Source: Candidatus Omnitrophota bacterium | Lineage (GTDB): Bacteria > Omnitrophota > Gorgyraeia > Duberdicusellales > 4484-171 | Reading direction: 5' to 3' | Length of the DNA: 64,000 nt | Assembly (NCBI GenBank): GCA_043823745.1 | Contig: JBDRAN010000005.1 | Location: 4,459 to 68,458 of the forward strand | Part shown: positions 27,944 through 38,719 of the stretch, piece by piece | How positions within the stretch are numbered: position 1 is the first letter of the stretch | Layout: the number at the start of each line of letters is the position of its first letter | The notes under the pieces: model-generated | Database searches by the model: none | Told to the model about the DNA's origin: nothing | The model's input: only the letters and a program-made list of their open reading frames with translations | Program-made: the position numbers and the translations under genes

Positions 27944-29026
27944 TCAGCGCAATTTGAGCGTCAAAAGTGTTGCTACAGCGCAAATAATCGAAATGATCCA
28001 AAATCGTACAATAATTTTCGGCTCTTTCCAGCCTAAAAGCTGAAAATGGTGATGGAGCGGCGCGGCGCGAAACAGCCGCTTTCCCCAAATCTTCACCGAA
28101 CATATTTGCAATATCACGCTCAGAGCCTCGGCAACAAAGATCCCGCCGCTTATCAGCAAAAGAAATTCTTTCTTTATCAGAAGTGCGATGGTCCCCAGCA
28201 AGCCACCGAGAGCAAGCGCGCCCACATCACCCATAAATACCTGCGCCGGATAGGCATTAAACCACAAGAACGCCAGCGCCGCGCCCACTAAGGCCAGACA
28301 TAATACCGTCAATTCCCCTGCTTCCCTAACAAAAGGGATAAAAAGATAGTTAGCGAACTTCGCGTGGCCGACAAGATAACTTAAGAATCCAAACATCAAC
28401 GCATTGGTCACCAATGCCCCCGTCGCAAGGCCATCAAGGCCGTCAGTGAAGTTGACCGCGTTAGACGTTGAGATCATGACCAATGCAGCCCAAAAAATGT
28501 AAAAATAGCCAAGATCCTTGATGAGATTCTTAAAAAAAGGAAAATCCAGGGTTGTCGAGAAATTTTTATTAATCAGTATTAAGATACCAAGCAACCCCCC
28601 GATAAGAACCTGGTAGAAAAGTTTTTCCGAACGCGTAAGCCCTTTTCCTTTCTTGATCTTTAAAAGGTCATCGCGTAAACCCACGATGCCCAGCGTCACC
28701 ACTACAACCAGGCAAACCCAAATAAAATAATTATCCCAGCGCGCCCACAACAAGGTGGAAACAATAATGGCTCCGAGGATTAAGATTCCTCCCATGGTCG
28801 GAGTCCCCTTTTTGCTTTCATGAAGAGCCTCCAGACGGAGATGACCATACATATCGATTTTTTCTATAAGCTGCATCCGCCTAAGTTTTTTAAGTGTAAA
28901 CTGCCAAAAAAACATAACCAGAAGGAACGCGGTAATAAACGCGCAGCCACCGCGAAATGTAATATATCGAGTTACATTGAGAAATGAAATAACTTTGGAA
29001 AGGGGGTACAATAGGTGATACAGCAT
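27944..29026 (-). CDS. mraY: phospho-N-acetylmuramoyl-pentapeptide transferase
   Basis: MraY signatures (NAVNFTDGLDGLA, HHHFQL). Confidence 0.95.
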   Translation of the reverse strand: MLYHLLYPLSKVISFLNVTRYITFRGGCAFITAFLLVMFFWQFTLKKLRRMQLIEKIDMYGHLRLEALHESKKGTPTMGGILILGAIIVSTLLWARWDNYFIWVCLVVVVTLGIVGLRDDLLKIKKGKGLTRSEKLFYQVLIGGLLGILILINKNFSTTLDFPFFKNLIKDLGYFYIFWAALVMISTSNAVNFTDGLDGLATGALVTNALMFGFLSYLVGHAKFANYLFIPFVREAGELTVLCLALVGAALAFLWFNAYPAQVFMGDVGALALGGLLGTIALLIKKEFLLLISGGIFVAEALSVILQICSVKIWGKRLFRAAPLHHHFQLLGWKEPKIIVRFWIISIICAVATLLTLKLR

Positions 29027-29029
29027 GAG

Positions 29030-30385
29030 TTATGATTTGTTTTTACAATCCAGATGCGCGAGCACCTTTTCTAGTTGCGTGGCTCGAGAACCCTTCAGAA
29101 AGATCAGCCAACCAGGATGTGCTCGCTGATTAATTGATGCGGCGATCTCCTCATGAGACGCGCAGCAAAAAGCATTTCGATAACCGTGTTTTTTTAGCTC
29201 CTCTACCAGGTACGGCGCGTGCTCGCCCAAGGCAAAACAAGATTCAAATCCCACGCGCAAAATGTGGCGCGCAAGTGCCTGATGATAGGCGACGCTACGG
29301 GAACCTAACTCGCGCATATCCCCTACAACAGCGATTTTTTTGGATGGGTACCTCCGCACAACACGCAATGCCTCAAGAAAAGAATAGGGATTTGCATTAT
29401 AGGCGTCGTTAAAAATAAAAAAACCTTTATCGTGGGTACATTGCGCCCGCTGCGAAGGAAATTCACTAAAATCATTCAGCCGCTCGACGCACTGGGCAAG
29501 CGGCATGCCGGCCTGGTGAGCAGAAAGTATCGCCGCCAAAGCGTTATAGATAAAACCGCCAAAGGGAGTGCGCAGCGTAAGCTTAAATTCATTTTGTACC
29601 AGGAATGTCGAGGAACTCGTATCACAAGAGACCCCTCGCGCGCCAAGATCGCTATTCTTATGTTTCCCGAACCACCGTATCGCGCCGCGTCGCGTAACCT
29701 TACGTAAATACGCATCATCTCTATTCAATATCGCGCGCATACGGGCATTGACATCAAAAAGCGAAATCTTCTCTTCAAAAATACCCCGCATACTACCCAA
29801 CCCCTCAAGATGCACGGGCTTTATAAACGTAATAATGCCCGTGTCGGGCACGACAATATCGGCAAGCATCCTGATCTCTCCGGGGGCGTTCGTGCCTAAT
29901 TCTAACACTACTGTTTTTTCGTCGCGCAAGGAAAAACAGGTTTTTGCGACTCCGAGAATATTATTTTCCGTTTTATAATTTTTTAAGACGGGGCCGTTCG
30001 CCTCGAGTAAAAACGCAAGCATCTCTTTCGTTGTCGTTTTACCGACCGAACCGGTGATCGCGTAGACATACGGTCGCTTTGCCTTGATCGCATAACGGGA
30101 AAGAACCGCAAGCGCGCGATACGAATCCTCTACGAGAAAATAAGGGACTCTCTGCGTACTATGAAATTCCCGCTGGGCGATGACAAACCTCGCCCCTTGC
30201 GCAATAGCATGGGCAATGTATTGATGACCATCATGATGTTTTCCTTGTAACGCGATAAAACCGTTCCCTGCCACGATAGTCCGTGAATCAATCGAAAACC
30301 CGTTCAGAGGCATAAAATGATAAATATTAGCGATCGTATATGGTCGCAACAATTTTTCGAGAATCTTAAAATCAGTTATATACAT
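29030..30385 (-). CDS. murF: UDP-N-acetylmuramoyl-tripeptide--D-alanyl-D-alanine ligase
   Basis: ITGSVGKTTTKE P-loop, in dcw order. Confidence 0.9.
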   Translation of the reverse strand: MYITDFKILEKLLRPYTIANIYHFMPLNGFSIDSRTIVAGNGFIALQGKHHDGHQYIAHAIAQGARFVIAQREFHSTQRVPYFLVEDSYRALAVLSRYAIKAKRPYVYAITGSVGKTTTKEMLAFLLEANGPVLKNYKTENNILGVAKTCFSLRDEKTVVLELGTNAPGEIRMLADIVVPDTGIITFIKPVHLEGLGSMRGIFEEKISLFDVNARMRAILNRDDAYLRKVTRRGAIRWFGKHKNSDLGARGVSCDTSSSTFLVQNEFKLTLRTPFGGFIYNALAAILSAHQAGMPLAQCVERLNDFSEFPSQRAQCTHDKGFFIFNDAYNANPYSFLEALRVVRRYPSKKIAVVGDMRELGSRSVAYHQALARHILRVGFESCFALGEHAPYLVEELKKHGYRNAFCCASHEEIAASINQRAHPGWLIFLKGSRATQLEKVLAHLDCKNKS

Positions 30386-31853
30386 GCGTAAGAATATTTC
30401 GTGCGACGCAGGTGTCGTTAAAGGGAATTTTTTTGGTACCGAAAATCTGGAAGTCTTCGTGGCCTTTTCCGGTTATTAACACGCAACACTTATTATATCC
30501 TTTTTCCCTGGTCTGTGAATATAATTCAAGGGCTTTTTCAATGGCGCGCCGGCGGTCGATAATAACACGCGAACGCCCGGCTGCAATACCCTTTTGTATC
30601 TGCCGGCAAATATCTTGCGGCTTTTCCGTGCGCGGGTTATCCGAAGTGATAAAAATCGCCGCTGCGTAACGCGCGGCAATCGCTCCCATTTGCCGGCGTT
30701 TACCAACATCACGGTTACCACCGCAGCCAAAAACGCAAATAATTCTTTCGTATCCTATATCCCGCAAGGTACGCAACGTTTTCTCGAATGCGTCGGGCGT
30801 ATGCGCATAATCAACAAAAATATGCGAAGAAACTCTCTGGAGCCTCCCCGGAGCGCCGCGAAAAGTCCTTACGCAACGCGCTAACAGACCCAGCGGCAGC
30901 CGGAGCGCGCCGAGCGCCGCCAATGCCGCCAGGATATTTAAAACATTAAACCTTCCCACAAGCAACGAACGTATGTGCTGTTTTCTTTTTCCGATTACCA
31001 TCTCAAATTCAGTACGTGCTGCCGAGAGCGCAATCGCCTGGGCGCGAATACGGGCAGAAGGCGCGATCCCAAAGGAAATCGCGCGGGGAAATAAATGAAG
31101 CAACTTTTTCCCATACGTATCATCGCCATTAATAATCATCGTGGCCTTGCGATTCTTTTGAAACAAGAGCCGTTTTGCGGCAAAGTACTGCCTCATGGTC
31201 ACATGATAATCGAGATGATCGCGAGTCAGATTGGTAAAGATACATACCGCAAAAGGAATACCCTCGACGCGACCCTGCGTCAGGGCATGGGATGAGACCT
31301 CCATTACGATATATTTCACCTGTTTATTTTTTGCGATGGCAAAAAACTTACGCAATGCCAGATAATCGGGTGTTGTGTGGGTTGCGGCAAATTTTTTTCC
31401 CCCAATGTCATAGCACACGGTTCCAAAAAGCGCTACGCGAGCACCGTGTTTTTGTAATACATAATGGAGTAGCGTGGCAACGGTCGTTTTACCATTCGTA
31501 CCGGTTACGCCGATAAAAATAAAATCGTCTGCCGAAAATCCGTAGAAGCAGTCTACGACCCGGCGAAATTCCTGTTCAATGTCATCGACCACAATAAGCG
31601 TTGCGCGCGTAATAATACGCCTTATTTTTTCCTGATGAGCGCGCTCCACCACAAAGGCGCACGCGTCTTTTTCCAGCGACGCAAGCACGGAAAAAATATC
31701 GAACGAAGACCGCTCTTTAACAAAAAAAACGTCGCCGCGTTTAAGAAGACGGGAATCATCTGCAATGCCGTGCACCGGCAGCCGGTGCGCCGAAGGAGCA
31801 AGTGCGTAGCGCGGGAAAAGTCTTCCAAGCGTTATTGCTGAATGATCTTTCAT
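30372..31853 (-). CDS. murE: UDP-N-acetylmuramoyl-L-alanyl-D-glutamate--2,6-diaminopimelate ligase
   Basis: GVTGTNGKTT P-loop and a DNPR-type motif (TSDNPRTE) suggesting meso-DAP specificity. Confidence 0.9.
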   Translation of the reverse strand: MKDHSAITLGRLFPRYALAPSAHRLPVHGIADDSRLLKRGDVFFVKERSSFDIFSVLASLEKDACAFVVERAHQEKIRRIITRATLIVVDDIEQEFRRVVDCFYGFSADDFIFIGVTGTNGKTTVATLLHYVLQKHGARVALFGTVCYDIGGKKFAATHTTPDYLALRKFFAIAKNKQVKYIVMEVSSHALTQGRVEGIPFAVCIFTNLTRDHLDYHVTMRQYFAAKRLLFQKNRKATMIINGDDTYGKKLLHLFPRAISFGIAPSARIRAQAIALSAARTEFEMVIGKRKQHIRSLLVGRFNVLNILAALAALGALRLPLGLLARCVRTFRGAPGRLQRVSSHIFVDYAHTPDAFEKTLRTLRDIGYERIICVFGCGGNRDVGKRRQMGAIAARYAAAIFITSDNPRTEKPQDICRQIQKGIAAGRSRVIIDRRRAIEKALELYSQTREKGYNKCCVLITGKGHEDFQIFGTKKIPFNDTCVARNILTHVYN

Positions 31854-31856
31854 ATT

Positions 31857-33557
31857 CTACTCATCACGCGGCGCTATGCGGTCGCGGTTAAACATTCGTT
31901 CACTCTCAAGATACCGAGCGGTTTTCTCGGCAATCTTTTTAAAGAGTGGCGCTGCCACCACGCCGCCAAAATGCGACTTTTTCGGTTCATACACCGTAAC
32001 GGCAATTACAATCGGCGGTTGAGTGTTGCTTACAAAACCGACAAACGATGCCCGGTAATCGGTCGCTGAATATCTGCCAATTTTAGGATCAAACTGCTGC
32101 GCAGTCCCGGTTTTACCTCCGATAGTCAGTCCCTCGACGCGCGCACGCACCCCTGTTCCGTCTTCAACAACCGCGATCAAGATATTTTTCGCGCGCGACG
32201 CTACCGCCTCGGATACTACTCGTCTGCGCTCCACAACGGCATTTTTGGAAAAAAACGGAGAATTGATACTCTTAACAATATGGGGTTTGACGAGATACCC
32301 TCCGTTGGCGACAACAGCAAATGATCGTGCCAGCTGCAAAAGATTAACGCCTACTTCCTGGCCTATCGGCATAATAAAACTTGAGGTTTTCGACCAGGCT
32401 GACGGCGGTTTAATATTGCCGGTAACTTCACCCGGAAGATCGATGCCGGTCTTCTCGCCAAAACCAAGCTTCCGCATACAACGATACATTGCATCCTTAC
32501 CAAGGCTACTTGCAATCTTCGCAATACCGATATTGCTTGATTTCTTAAAAACTTCTTTAAAGGTCAGGTTTCCGTAAGGCTTCCAATCGTGCAGCGTGCT
32601 TCCCGGTATTTTAAAGCTGCCGTTTTCGCAAAAAATTATTTGTTCATCAGAGAACTTATTGCTTTCGATGGCCGCAAGGAGGGTAACCTCCTTAAAAACG
32701 CTGCCGGGCTCGAACATATCACACACCGCCCTGTTTCGACGAGCATCAACGGAATAACCGCTCAGATCGTTGGGATTATAAAAAGGGTAATTTGCTAAAG
32801 CCAATATCTCGCCGTTCTCGGCGTTCATTACCACCGCGCCCCCTTCCGTGGCGCCAAATTTCTTGATTATCTCATCAAGATAATTTTCTACTCCGTATTG
32901 AATTTGAGCGTCAATCGTGAGGGTTACATCCGCACCCGCTTTCGGAGCGATAATTTGAGGACTGATAAGCACCTCGCGAGCGCGCGAATCCTGCAACACC
33001 CGCGCCAGGCCGTTTTTACCACATAAATATTTATCATAATAGAGCTCGAGGCCGTCAAGACCCTTGTTGTCAATGTCAACCAGGCCAAGGAGAGAAGCCG
33101 CAAGCGCCTCCTGCGGATAAAAACGTTTGCCCTCTCGCAGGAAACCAACGCCTTTTATTTTTAACGCTTTTATCTTTTCTTTCTCGGACCACGATACTTT
33201 ACGCTTTATCCATACGAATCGTTTTTTCTTACTCACGCGTTGCTGGATGGGCGCATACGGAAGTTTCAGGCTCACAGATAAAATCCTAGCCACCTCATCG
33301 GGGTTCTTGATCAGGGATGGATCGGCGAAGATTGAATAACTGTTGATTGTGGTAGCGATAACTCGGTTACGACCATCAAAGATTTTCCCGCGCTTCCCTT
33401 CAAGAGGGATGAGCCGGTAATATTGACTATGCGCTAAATTCTGGAGGAATTTCTGCCGAAATACCTGAAGATAGATGATGCGTGCCGAAATAATCAAGAA
33501 GGAAAAAATAAAGAGGAAATAAACATAGCGGATTCGTAAGCGATCACTTGCTTTCAC
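31857..33557 (-). CDS. ftsI: peptidoglycan D,D-transpeptidase FtsI (class B PBP)
   Basis: N-terminal TM, SxxK (PGSVFK), SxN (SSN) and KTGT (GKTGTAQ) motifs. Confidence 0.9.
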   Translation of the reverse strand: MKASDRLRIRYVYFLFIFSFLIISARIIYLQVFRQKFLQNLAHSQYYRLIPLEGKRGKIFDGRNRVIATTINSYSIFADPSLIKNPDEVARILSVSLKLPYAPIQQRVSKKKRFVWIKRKVSWSEKEKIKALKIKGVGFLREGKRFYPQEALAASLLGLVDIDNKGLDGLELYYDKYLCGKNGLARVLQDSRAREVLISPQIIAPKAGADVTLTIDAQIQYGVENYLDEIIKKFGATEGGAVVMNAENGEILALANYPFYNPNDLSGYSVDARRNRAVCDMFEPGSVFKEVTLLAAIESNKFSDEQIIFCENGSFKIPGSTLHDWKPYGNLTFKEVFKKSSNIGIAKIASSLGKDAMYRCMRKLGFGEKTGIDLPGEVTGNIKPPSAWSKTSSFIMPIGQEVGVNLLQLARSFAVVANGGYLVKPHIVKSINSPFFSKNAVVERRRVVSEAVASRAKNILIAVVEDGTGVRARVEGLTIGGKTGTAQQFDPKIGRYSATDYRASFVGFVSNTQPPIVIAVTVYEPKKSHFGGVVAAPLFKKIAEKTARYLESERMFNRDRIAPRDE

Positions 33558-33638
33558 TGTTTGTGGAATCTATTTGAACCTCACCCAACGCTGCGGATAC
33601 TCCCAAAAAATCTTACGATGCATGCTCGGCTTGCCGCT

Positions 33639-34010
33639 CTATTGCGATCGCTCCTGCGCCAATACGGTTGAAGAACCGCTTGAAAACCCAACTGCTTTTT
33701 GTAGTAACGACGCGAATGCGTGTTTAGAGACAGGCACTTTCTTGCTTCCCCGGTTAAGCGCTAACATTTTCCCCTTTTGGACCGGAGAAAATTCATTTTT
33801 ATCAACCCAGGCATTAAGCCGCACCAATGATACTTCTTTCATAAAATTATACATCAAGTGATCGCGCTTATCAACACATTCGTTATAAATCTGATAATTC
33901 TTGCTCAAACGATACGCTTCGACGTAAATCTGCACTTTTTGATGAAGATATAAAAACGTTCCCATAAAAATACATCCTGCGCACGCAAAAAAAATACCCT
34001 GTTTTCTCAT
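33639..34010 (-). CDS. ftsL: cell division protein FtsL-like (bitopic membrane protein)
   Basis: ~120 aa with a single N-terminal TM (IFFACAGCIFMGTFLYL), located between rsmH and ftsI. Confidence 0.5.
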   Translation of the reverse strand: MRKQGIFFACAGCIFMGTFLYLHQKVQIYVEAYRLSKNYQIYNECVDKRDHLMYNFMKEVSLVRLNAWVDKNEFSPVQKGKMLALNRGSKKVPVSKHAFASLLQKAVGFSSGSSTVLAQERSQ

Positions 34011-34936
34011 TGTTCGTTCTTCTCCGCAACTCTTAGTTTTGCAGACCGCGAAGCCACGTTCTCTGCGAGTTCCCCCTCGCCGGGAACAAGCGGCTTCTTT
34101 GTTAGAATTTTTACTACTCCTTCGCGCGCGTACGATCTCAATGAATGCTTAACAATTCTATCCTCAAGTGAATGGAATGAAATTACGGCAATTCTACCGC
34201 CGTTATTTAAACGCTTGACGGCAGCGTCAATACCGGCAGCGAGCGCGTCAAGCTCACGGTTAACGGCAATACGCAGAGCCTGGAAAACCCGTGTTGCCGG
34301 ATGAATCCTCTGGTTACGCCCCAGAAACGGAACGACGCGCGCTATCACCTGGACTAACTGTGTCGTGCGCGTAAGCGGCTCTTTTCTACGGACCTCGATA
34401 ATCGCCCGCGCAATGCGCATGGCATATCGCTCTTCGCCAAATTTTCTAAAGATGCTTACAAGCTCCGGTTCGCTCAAGTTATTCACCAGATCGGCCGCAC
34501 ACACATAAGCATCAGAATCCATGCGCATATCAAGAGGGCCTTCTTTTAAGAAACTAAAACCACGCTGCGCGCGCGCTAACTGATACGTTGAAATACCCAG
34601 ATCAAAAAGAAACGCGTCGGCATAATCGATTCCCTGGCCATCGAGAACGCTCTCAAGATGCGAAAAATCCTCTTTCACCAATATCGCCCGCGAACCAAAC
34701 GGCGCAAGGGTGGCGGACGCCAGCGCCAGCGACTCTGAATCCTTATCGATTCCGACAAGCACTCCCTGAGGGCCCATCGCCGCAAGAAACCGAGCGGCAT
34801 GCGCGCCCATACCCACGGTACAATCAACAAGCACCCGTCGTGATCCAACATTTAAATACTCCATAACCTCCCGGTACATGACAGGATAATGGCTAATTTC
34901 GCGCATAGGTAAGACCGCTCGTTCTACGACACTCAT
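34007..34936 (-). CDS. rsmH: 16S rRNA (cytosine1402-N4)-methyltransferase
   Basis: HYPVMYREV start and DCTVGMGAH SAM motif of MraW/RsmH. Confidence 0.95.
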   Translation of the reverse strand: MSVVERAVLPMREISHYPVMYREVMEYLNVGSRRVLVDCTVGMGAHAARFLAAMGPQGVLVGIDKDSESLALASATLAPFGSRAILVKEDFSHLESVLDGQGIDYADAFLFDLGISTYQLARAQRGFSFLKEGPLDMRMDSDAYVCAADLVNNLSEPELVSIFRKFGEERYAMRIARAIIEVRRKEPLTRTTQLVQVIARVVPFLGRNQRIHPATRVFQALRIAVNRELDALAAGIDAAVKRLNNGGRIAVISFHSLEDRIVKHSLRSYAREGVVKILTKKPLVPGEGELAENVASRSAKLRVAEKNEQ

Positions 34937-35373
34937 TGATTTTCAAAAATATTTTCCGCAACTTCTTCGAACTTTACTTTGTTCTGCTGATAAAAATCAT
35001 TCCAGCGTAGCTTATCCCAGATCTCAACGCGATCGGCAACTCCGATAATAACGATCTCTTTTTTTATCTGAGCAAATTCCTTGAGGTATCCGGGAATAGC
35101 AACGCGCCCCTGCGTATCAATGTCAACTTCCTGAGCTCCGGAAAAATACAAACGGTTAAACGACCGTGACTGTTGTTTCGCGAATGAAATGCCTTTAAGC
35201 TTCTCCTCCAGGTTTTGCCAGACGTCCTGTGAAAAAAAGAAGAGACATCCGTCAAGACCCCGCGTGAGAAAAAATTTCTGCTTTCGCGAACTCTTTATCC
35301 TTGCCCGGAATTTCGCAGGAAGTATAAACCTATCTTTATCATCCAATGTGTGTTGATACTCTCCGTACCACAT
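34933..35373 (-). CDS. mraZ: transcriptional regulator MraZ
   Basis: Two DxxxR-containing half-domains (LDDKDRFILPAKFR; IDTQGRVAIPGYL). The start is moved to MWYGEYQH. Confidence 0.9.
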   Translation of the reverse strand: MWYGEYQHTLDDKDRFILPAKFRARIKSSRKQKFFLTRGLDGCLFFFSQDVWQNLEEKLKGISFAKQQSRSFNRLYFSGAQEVDIDTQGRVAIPGYLKEFAQIKKEIVIIGVADRVEIWDKLRWNDFYQQNKVKFEEVAENIFENQ

Positions 35374-35494
35374 CCCACTTTCCTCCATTTTATTCCACAA
35401 TGTAAATATAAACCTCCACCATTACATTGTCAAGAGGTTTCCGGGAATAAATGCTTATGCCACAATAAGTTGTGGGTGGGTAGGAACGACAACA

Positions 35495-36481
35495 CTATAT
35501 TTTGAGGCAGGAGGAAAATACTTTTTTACCGCGAAAAGAGTAATTTCTTTTGATTTTCTCTACATCCTTATTGATCGCCTGGACTAATCGCGCACGTGAA
35601 GGAAATTTTCTTTCATCGCGCATACGCTTTATAAACAGTATCTCAATAGTATGACCCGTAAGCGAACCGTGGAAATCGAGACAGTGAGCTTCAACGATCC
35701 TGCGCGATAAGGGAACCACGGTCGGATGCGTGCCAATATTGACTGCGGCACGATACAGGCGTCCGTTCGCTCGAACAACAGCCGCATATACGCCCGTCTT
35801 TGGAATAACATAATCCTCACAGATAATATTGGCTGTCGGGAAACCAAGGGTTCTGCCGATACCTCTTCCGCGAACCACGCGTCCGGCCACTATATAGTCT
35901 CTACCCAAAAACCGCCGTGCCGTAGAAAAATTTCCCGCTTCTATGGCGCGACGTATCAAAGAGCTGCTAACCACGCGGCCTCTCATGGTACGCTTCTTGA
36001 TAACCTCAAGTGCAAAACCGTACCGACGAGCAAGCCGGTCAAGCGTGACACTATCGGCATGGCTTCCCCGGCCGAAACGAAACCCCTCCCCTACACACAA
36101 AAGCTTGATTGAAAAATGACGCAGAAGATGGATAAGAAAATTCTGGGCGGAAAGCCCAAGCAAGCGGTCCGTCGTACGCAGGAACCATACATAATCGATA
36201 CCTGTCCGAGTAAGGCAGGTTTTCTTCTGATCGAAATTCATGATCGTGCCCGCAAACTCCTTTTTAAGCAACCGCTGCGGCGGCACGTCAAACGTAACCA
36301 TCAAAGAAGCAATACCGCGCCCGCGGGCTTGAGTGACGACTTCTTTGAGAATATGCTGATGACCACGATGGATACCGTCAAAAACCCCGATCGTGGCCAC
36401 GCACGGTATTTTTTTATGGGGAAAATCTGAATGCAGAATGTGAGGTTCTTTAAGCGGAAGATGTTCCAGAATAATTTTCAT
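35495..36481 (-). CDS. ribF: bifunctional riboflavin kinase/FAD synthetase
   Basis: IGVFDGIHRGHQ FAD-synthetase motif and a C-terminal riboflavin-kinase region. Confidence 0.9.
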   Translation of the reverse strand: MKIILEHLPLKEPHILHSDFPHKKIPCVATIGVFDGIHRGHQHILKEVVTQARGRGIASLMVTFDVPPQRLLKKEFAGTIMNFDQKKTCLTRTGIDYVWFLRTTDRLLGLSAQNFLIHLLRHFSIKLLCVGEGFRFGRGSHADSVTLDRLARRYGFALEVIKKRTMRGRVVSSSLIRRAIEAGNFSTARRFLGRDYIVAGRVVRGRGIGRTLGFPTANIICEDYVIPKTGVYAAVVRANGRLYRAAVNIGTHPTVVPLSRRIVEAHCLDFHGSLTGHTIEILFIKRMRDERKFPSRARLVQAINKDVEKIKRNYSFRGKKVFSSCLKI

Positions 36482-36512
36482 CTATTGATCCCGGAATTAT
36501 TATATACGCCCG

Positions 36513-37202
36513 TTATGCCCGGATAAAGGGACGAAGATATTTCTCGTCTATCACATCGACATTGATCGCGTCATCGAGTTTAAACGGCCCGATGCTTAAA
36601 CGTTTAATTTTAATCACATGCGCGCCGCAACCGAGCAATTCTCCAATATCCTCGGCAAGTTTACGCACATAGGTCCCCTTGGAGCAATGGACATAAAATT
36701 CAACGAGCGGTAAATCAACGGTCTTGATTTGTAAAGAGTAAATTTTTATTTTACGTGCTGGCCGATCAATCGTAATTCCTTTCCGCGCAAGGCTGTAGAG
36801 ACGCTTTCCTCCCATACGAAGAGCGCTCACCATAGGGGGTATCTGCTCCATTTCACCGCTGAATCGAGAAAACGCTTCATCGATCTGCGCCAGGCTAATT
36901 CCCTGGTAATCAGTGTGTTTGATCACCGGACCCTGCGAATCACCGGTAGTTGTTATTTGGCCAAGTTTAAGAACCCCGATGTATTCCTTGTCGAAATTCA
37001 CGAATGACGCAAAAAGCTTGGTAGCCTTACCGACCAAAATAACAAGCAAACCTTCGGCAAGCGGGTCGAGCGTTCCGGCGTGGCCAACAGCCTTCATTTT
37101 GAACGTCCCGCGCACTATATCGACAACATCGTGCGAAGTGATGCCAATGGGCTTGTTAACCAAAAGTATTCCTTCTTTTTTTGCCACCGAATGAGTTTCC
37201 AT
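36513..37202 (-). CDS. truB: tRNA pseudouridine(55) synthase
   Basis: GILLVNKPIGITSHDVV and HAGTLDPLAEGLL catalytic-Asp motif. Confidence 0.95.
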   Translation of the reverse strand: METHSVAKKEGILLVNKPIGITSHDVVDIVRGTFKMKAVGHAGTLDPLAEGLLVILVGKATKLFASFVNFDKEYIGVLKLGQITTTGDSQGPVIKHTDYQGISLAQIDEAFSRFSGEMEQIPPMVSALRMGGKRLYSLARKGITIDRPARKIKIYSLQIKTVDLPLVEFYVHCSKGTYVRKLAEDIGELLGCGAHVIKIKRLSIGPFKLDDAINVDVIDEKYLRPFIRA

Positions 37203-37215
37203 TAATTATCGTTTA

Positions 37216-38172
37216 TTATCTCGATTGTGCGCGATGCACGTAGCTCCTGACAAAAGAAATTACTTTTTTCTGAGCGGCGGCGAGCGTCTCTTCAATGGTT
37301 GTACCGCTTGCCCGCTTGTGCCCGCCTCCTCCGAAGAACTGCGCTACCTCATTAACATCGACACGCGAGCGAGAACGAAAATTAACTCTAATTCTGTTTT
37401 TCCCGATAGTCTTGAAAAGAATAAAAACTTCAAAACCTCGAAGCAACCGCATCATGCTAAAAATAACTTCGGTGAGGTCGTAATCCTTCTCTTCCCATTT
37501 CTCGATACGGGCCCAACAGATCTTCTTCTCAACATCGTAGCGCAGCGAAGCAATAATATCGTTAATAAGCCTTAGATCCTGGGGCTGACAAAGGCTATGA
37601 AGCCGCTCATCGATACGATGAGGCTCGAGCTTGTATCGTAAAAGATTATACACAACCCGGTGCGTTTCCGGAGTAGTATTTGCGTAGGTAAAATTCCCCG
37701 TATCGGTAGAAATACCGGTATAAAGGCACAACGCAATATTTTTATCCATAATCCGGTAATGCTCGCACAATACATAAAGCATCTGGCAGGTTGAGCCGGC
37801 AGACGCATCAACCCAGTTTAAGTCGCCAAACATGGTGTTGCTGATATGATGATCAATATTAATAATATAGGGAACGTCATCCAACGCGTCTTTAACGCGC
37901 CCGGCGCGCGAAGAGTCGGAACAATCAAGCACCATTGCGACATTAAAACGCTTTCCCGCAACATCATTTTTTATAGAGCGCACATGCGGTAGAAAACGAT
38001 ACGGAGAAGGCGTGTGGTCTTGGTTGCAAATCATCACCTGCTTCCCGAGCCTTTTTAACAAAAGATAAACGGCAAGCTCTGAACCAAGCGCATCTCCTTC
38101 AAGACCCACGTGCGCGGTAATTAAAAAGCTTTTACTGCTGTTTATCTTCTTGATGATTCTCTTGATGCTCAT
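37216..38172 (-). CDS. nrnA: DHH-family phosphoesterase (NrnA-like oligoribonuclease/pAp phosphatase)
   Basis: ITAHVGLEGDALGS, DHH (INIDHH), and C-terminal DHHA1 GGGH motif (FGGGGHKRASG). Confidence 0.85.
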   Translation of the reverse strand: MSIKRIIKKINSSKSFLITAHVGLEGDALGSELAVYLLLKRLGKQVMICNQDHTPSPYRFLPHVRSIKNDVAGKRFNVAMVLDCSDSSRAGRVKDALDDVPYIINIDHHISNTMFGDLNWVDASAGSTCQMLYVLCEHYRIMDKNIALCLYTGISTDTGNFTYANTTPETHRVVYNLLRYKLEPHRIDERLHSLCQPQDLRLINDIIASLRYDVEKKICWARIEKWEEKDYDLTEVIFSMMRLLRGFEVFILFKTIGKNRIRVNFRSRSRVDVNEVAQFFGGGGHKRASGTTIEETLAAAQKKVISFVRSYVHRAQSR

Positions 38173-38524
38173 TGTTCCGCGTTTCCTCTTCCTTTTTTAT
38201 CTCCTCTATTCGCGTATAAATATCGACGCTATAACGAATCGTGTCATCGGGAATAAAGCGCAATTCAGGAAGAATCTTGAGATGAGTACGCTTGCCAAGA
38301 CTGACCCGAAGAAATTTATTCATCTTATCGAGTATATTTTGCACCCGAGCTATTTGGGTTTCATCAAGCAAGCTGAAATATACTTTCGCTTCGCGAAGAT
38401 CGTTGGTGGTGTCGACCCTGGTGATCGAAAGAACACCGACGTTTGGATCATCCACTTCCTGCTGAATTATCTCCATGAGTTGCCGACGCAACTCGCTGTT
38501 GACCTTTTGCATTCGCAGGGACAT
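38132..38524 (-). CDS. rbfA: ribosome-binding factor A
   Basis: RbfA pattern RVNSELRR...LSITRVD...DLREAKVYFS. It overlaps the nrnA start by 41 nt. Confidence 0.9.
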   Translation of the reverse strand: MSLRMQKVNSELRRQLMEIIQQEVDDPNVGVLSITRVDTTNDLREAKVYFSLLDETQIARVQNILDKMNKFLRVSLGKRTHLKILPELRFIPDDTIRYSVDIYTRIEEIKKEEETRNNEHQENHQEDKQQ

Positions 38525-38719
38525 ACTGTAATCTCCTTAAGCTTCAAGGCCCAAGCCCCGTTATGTTTGATATTTATATTGAGGTTCGGGGCGTCCCGCA
38601 CCTTATTAAATAGTATAAGAAACGGGACAGGCTGCAAGCCATAAACGTGTGCACTGATGGTGTCTACGCATATATAAAAGAGGGTAATTATAACGTAAAG
38701 AAGGACGATTAGCAACACT

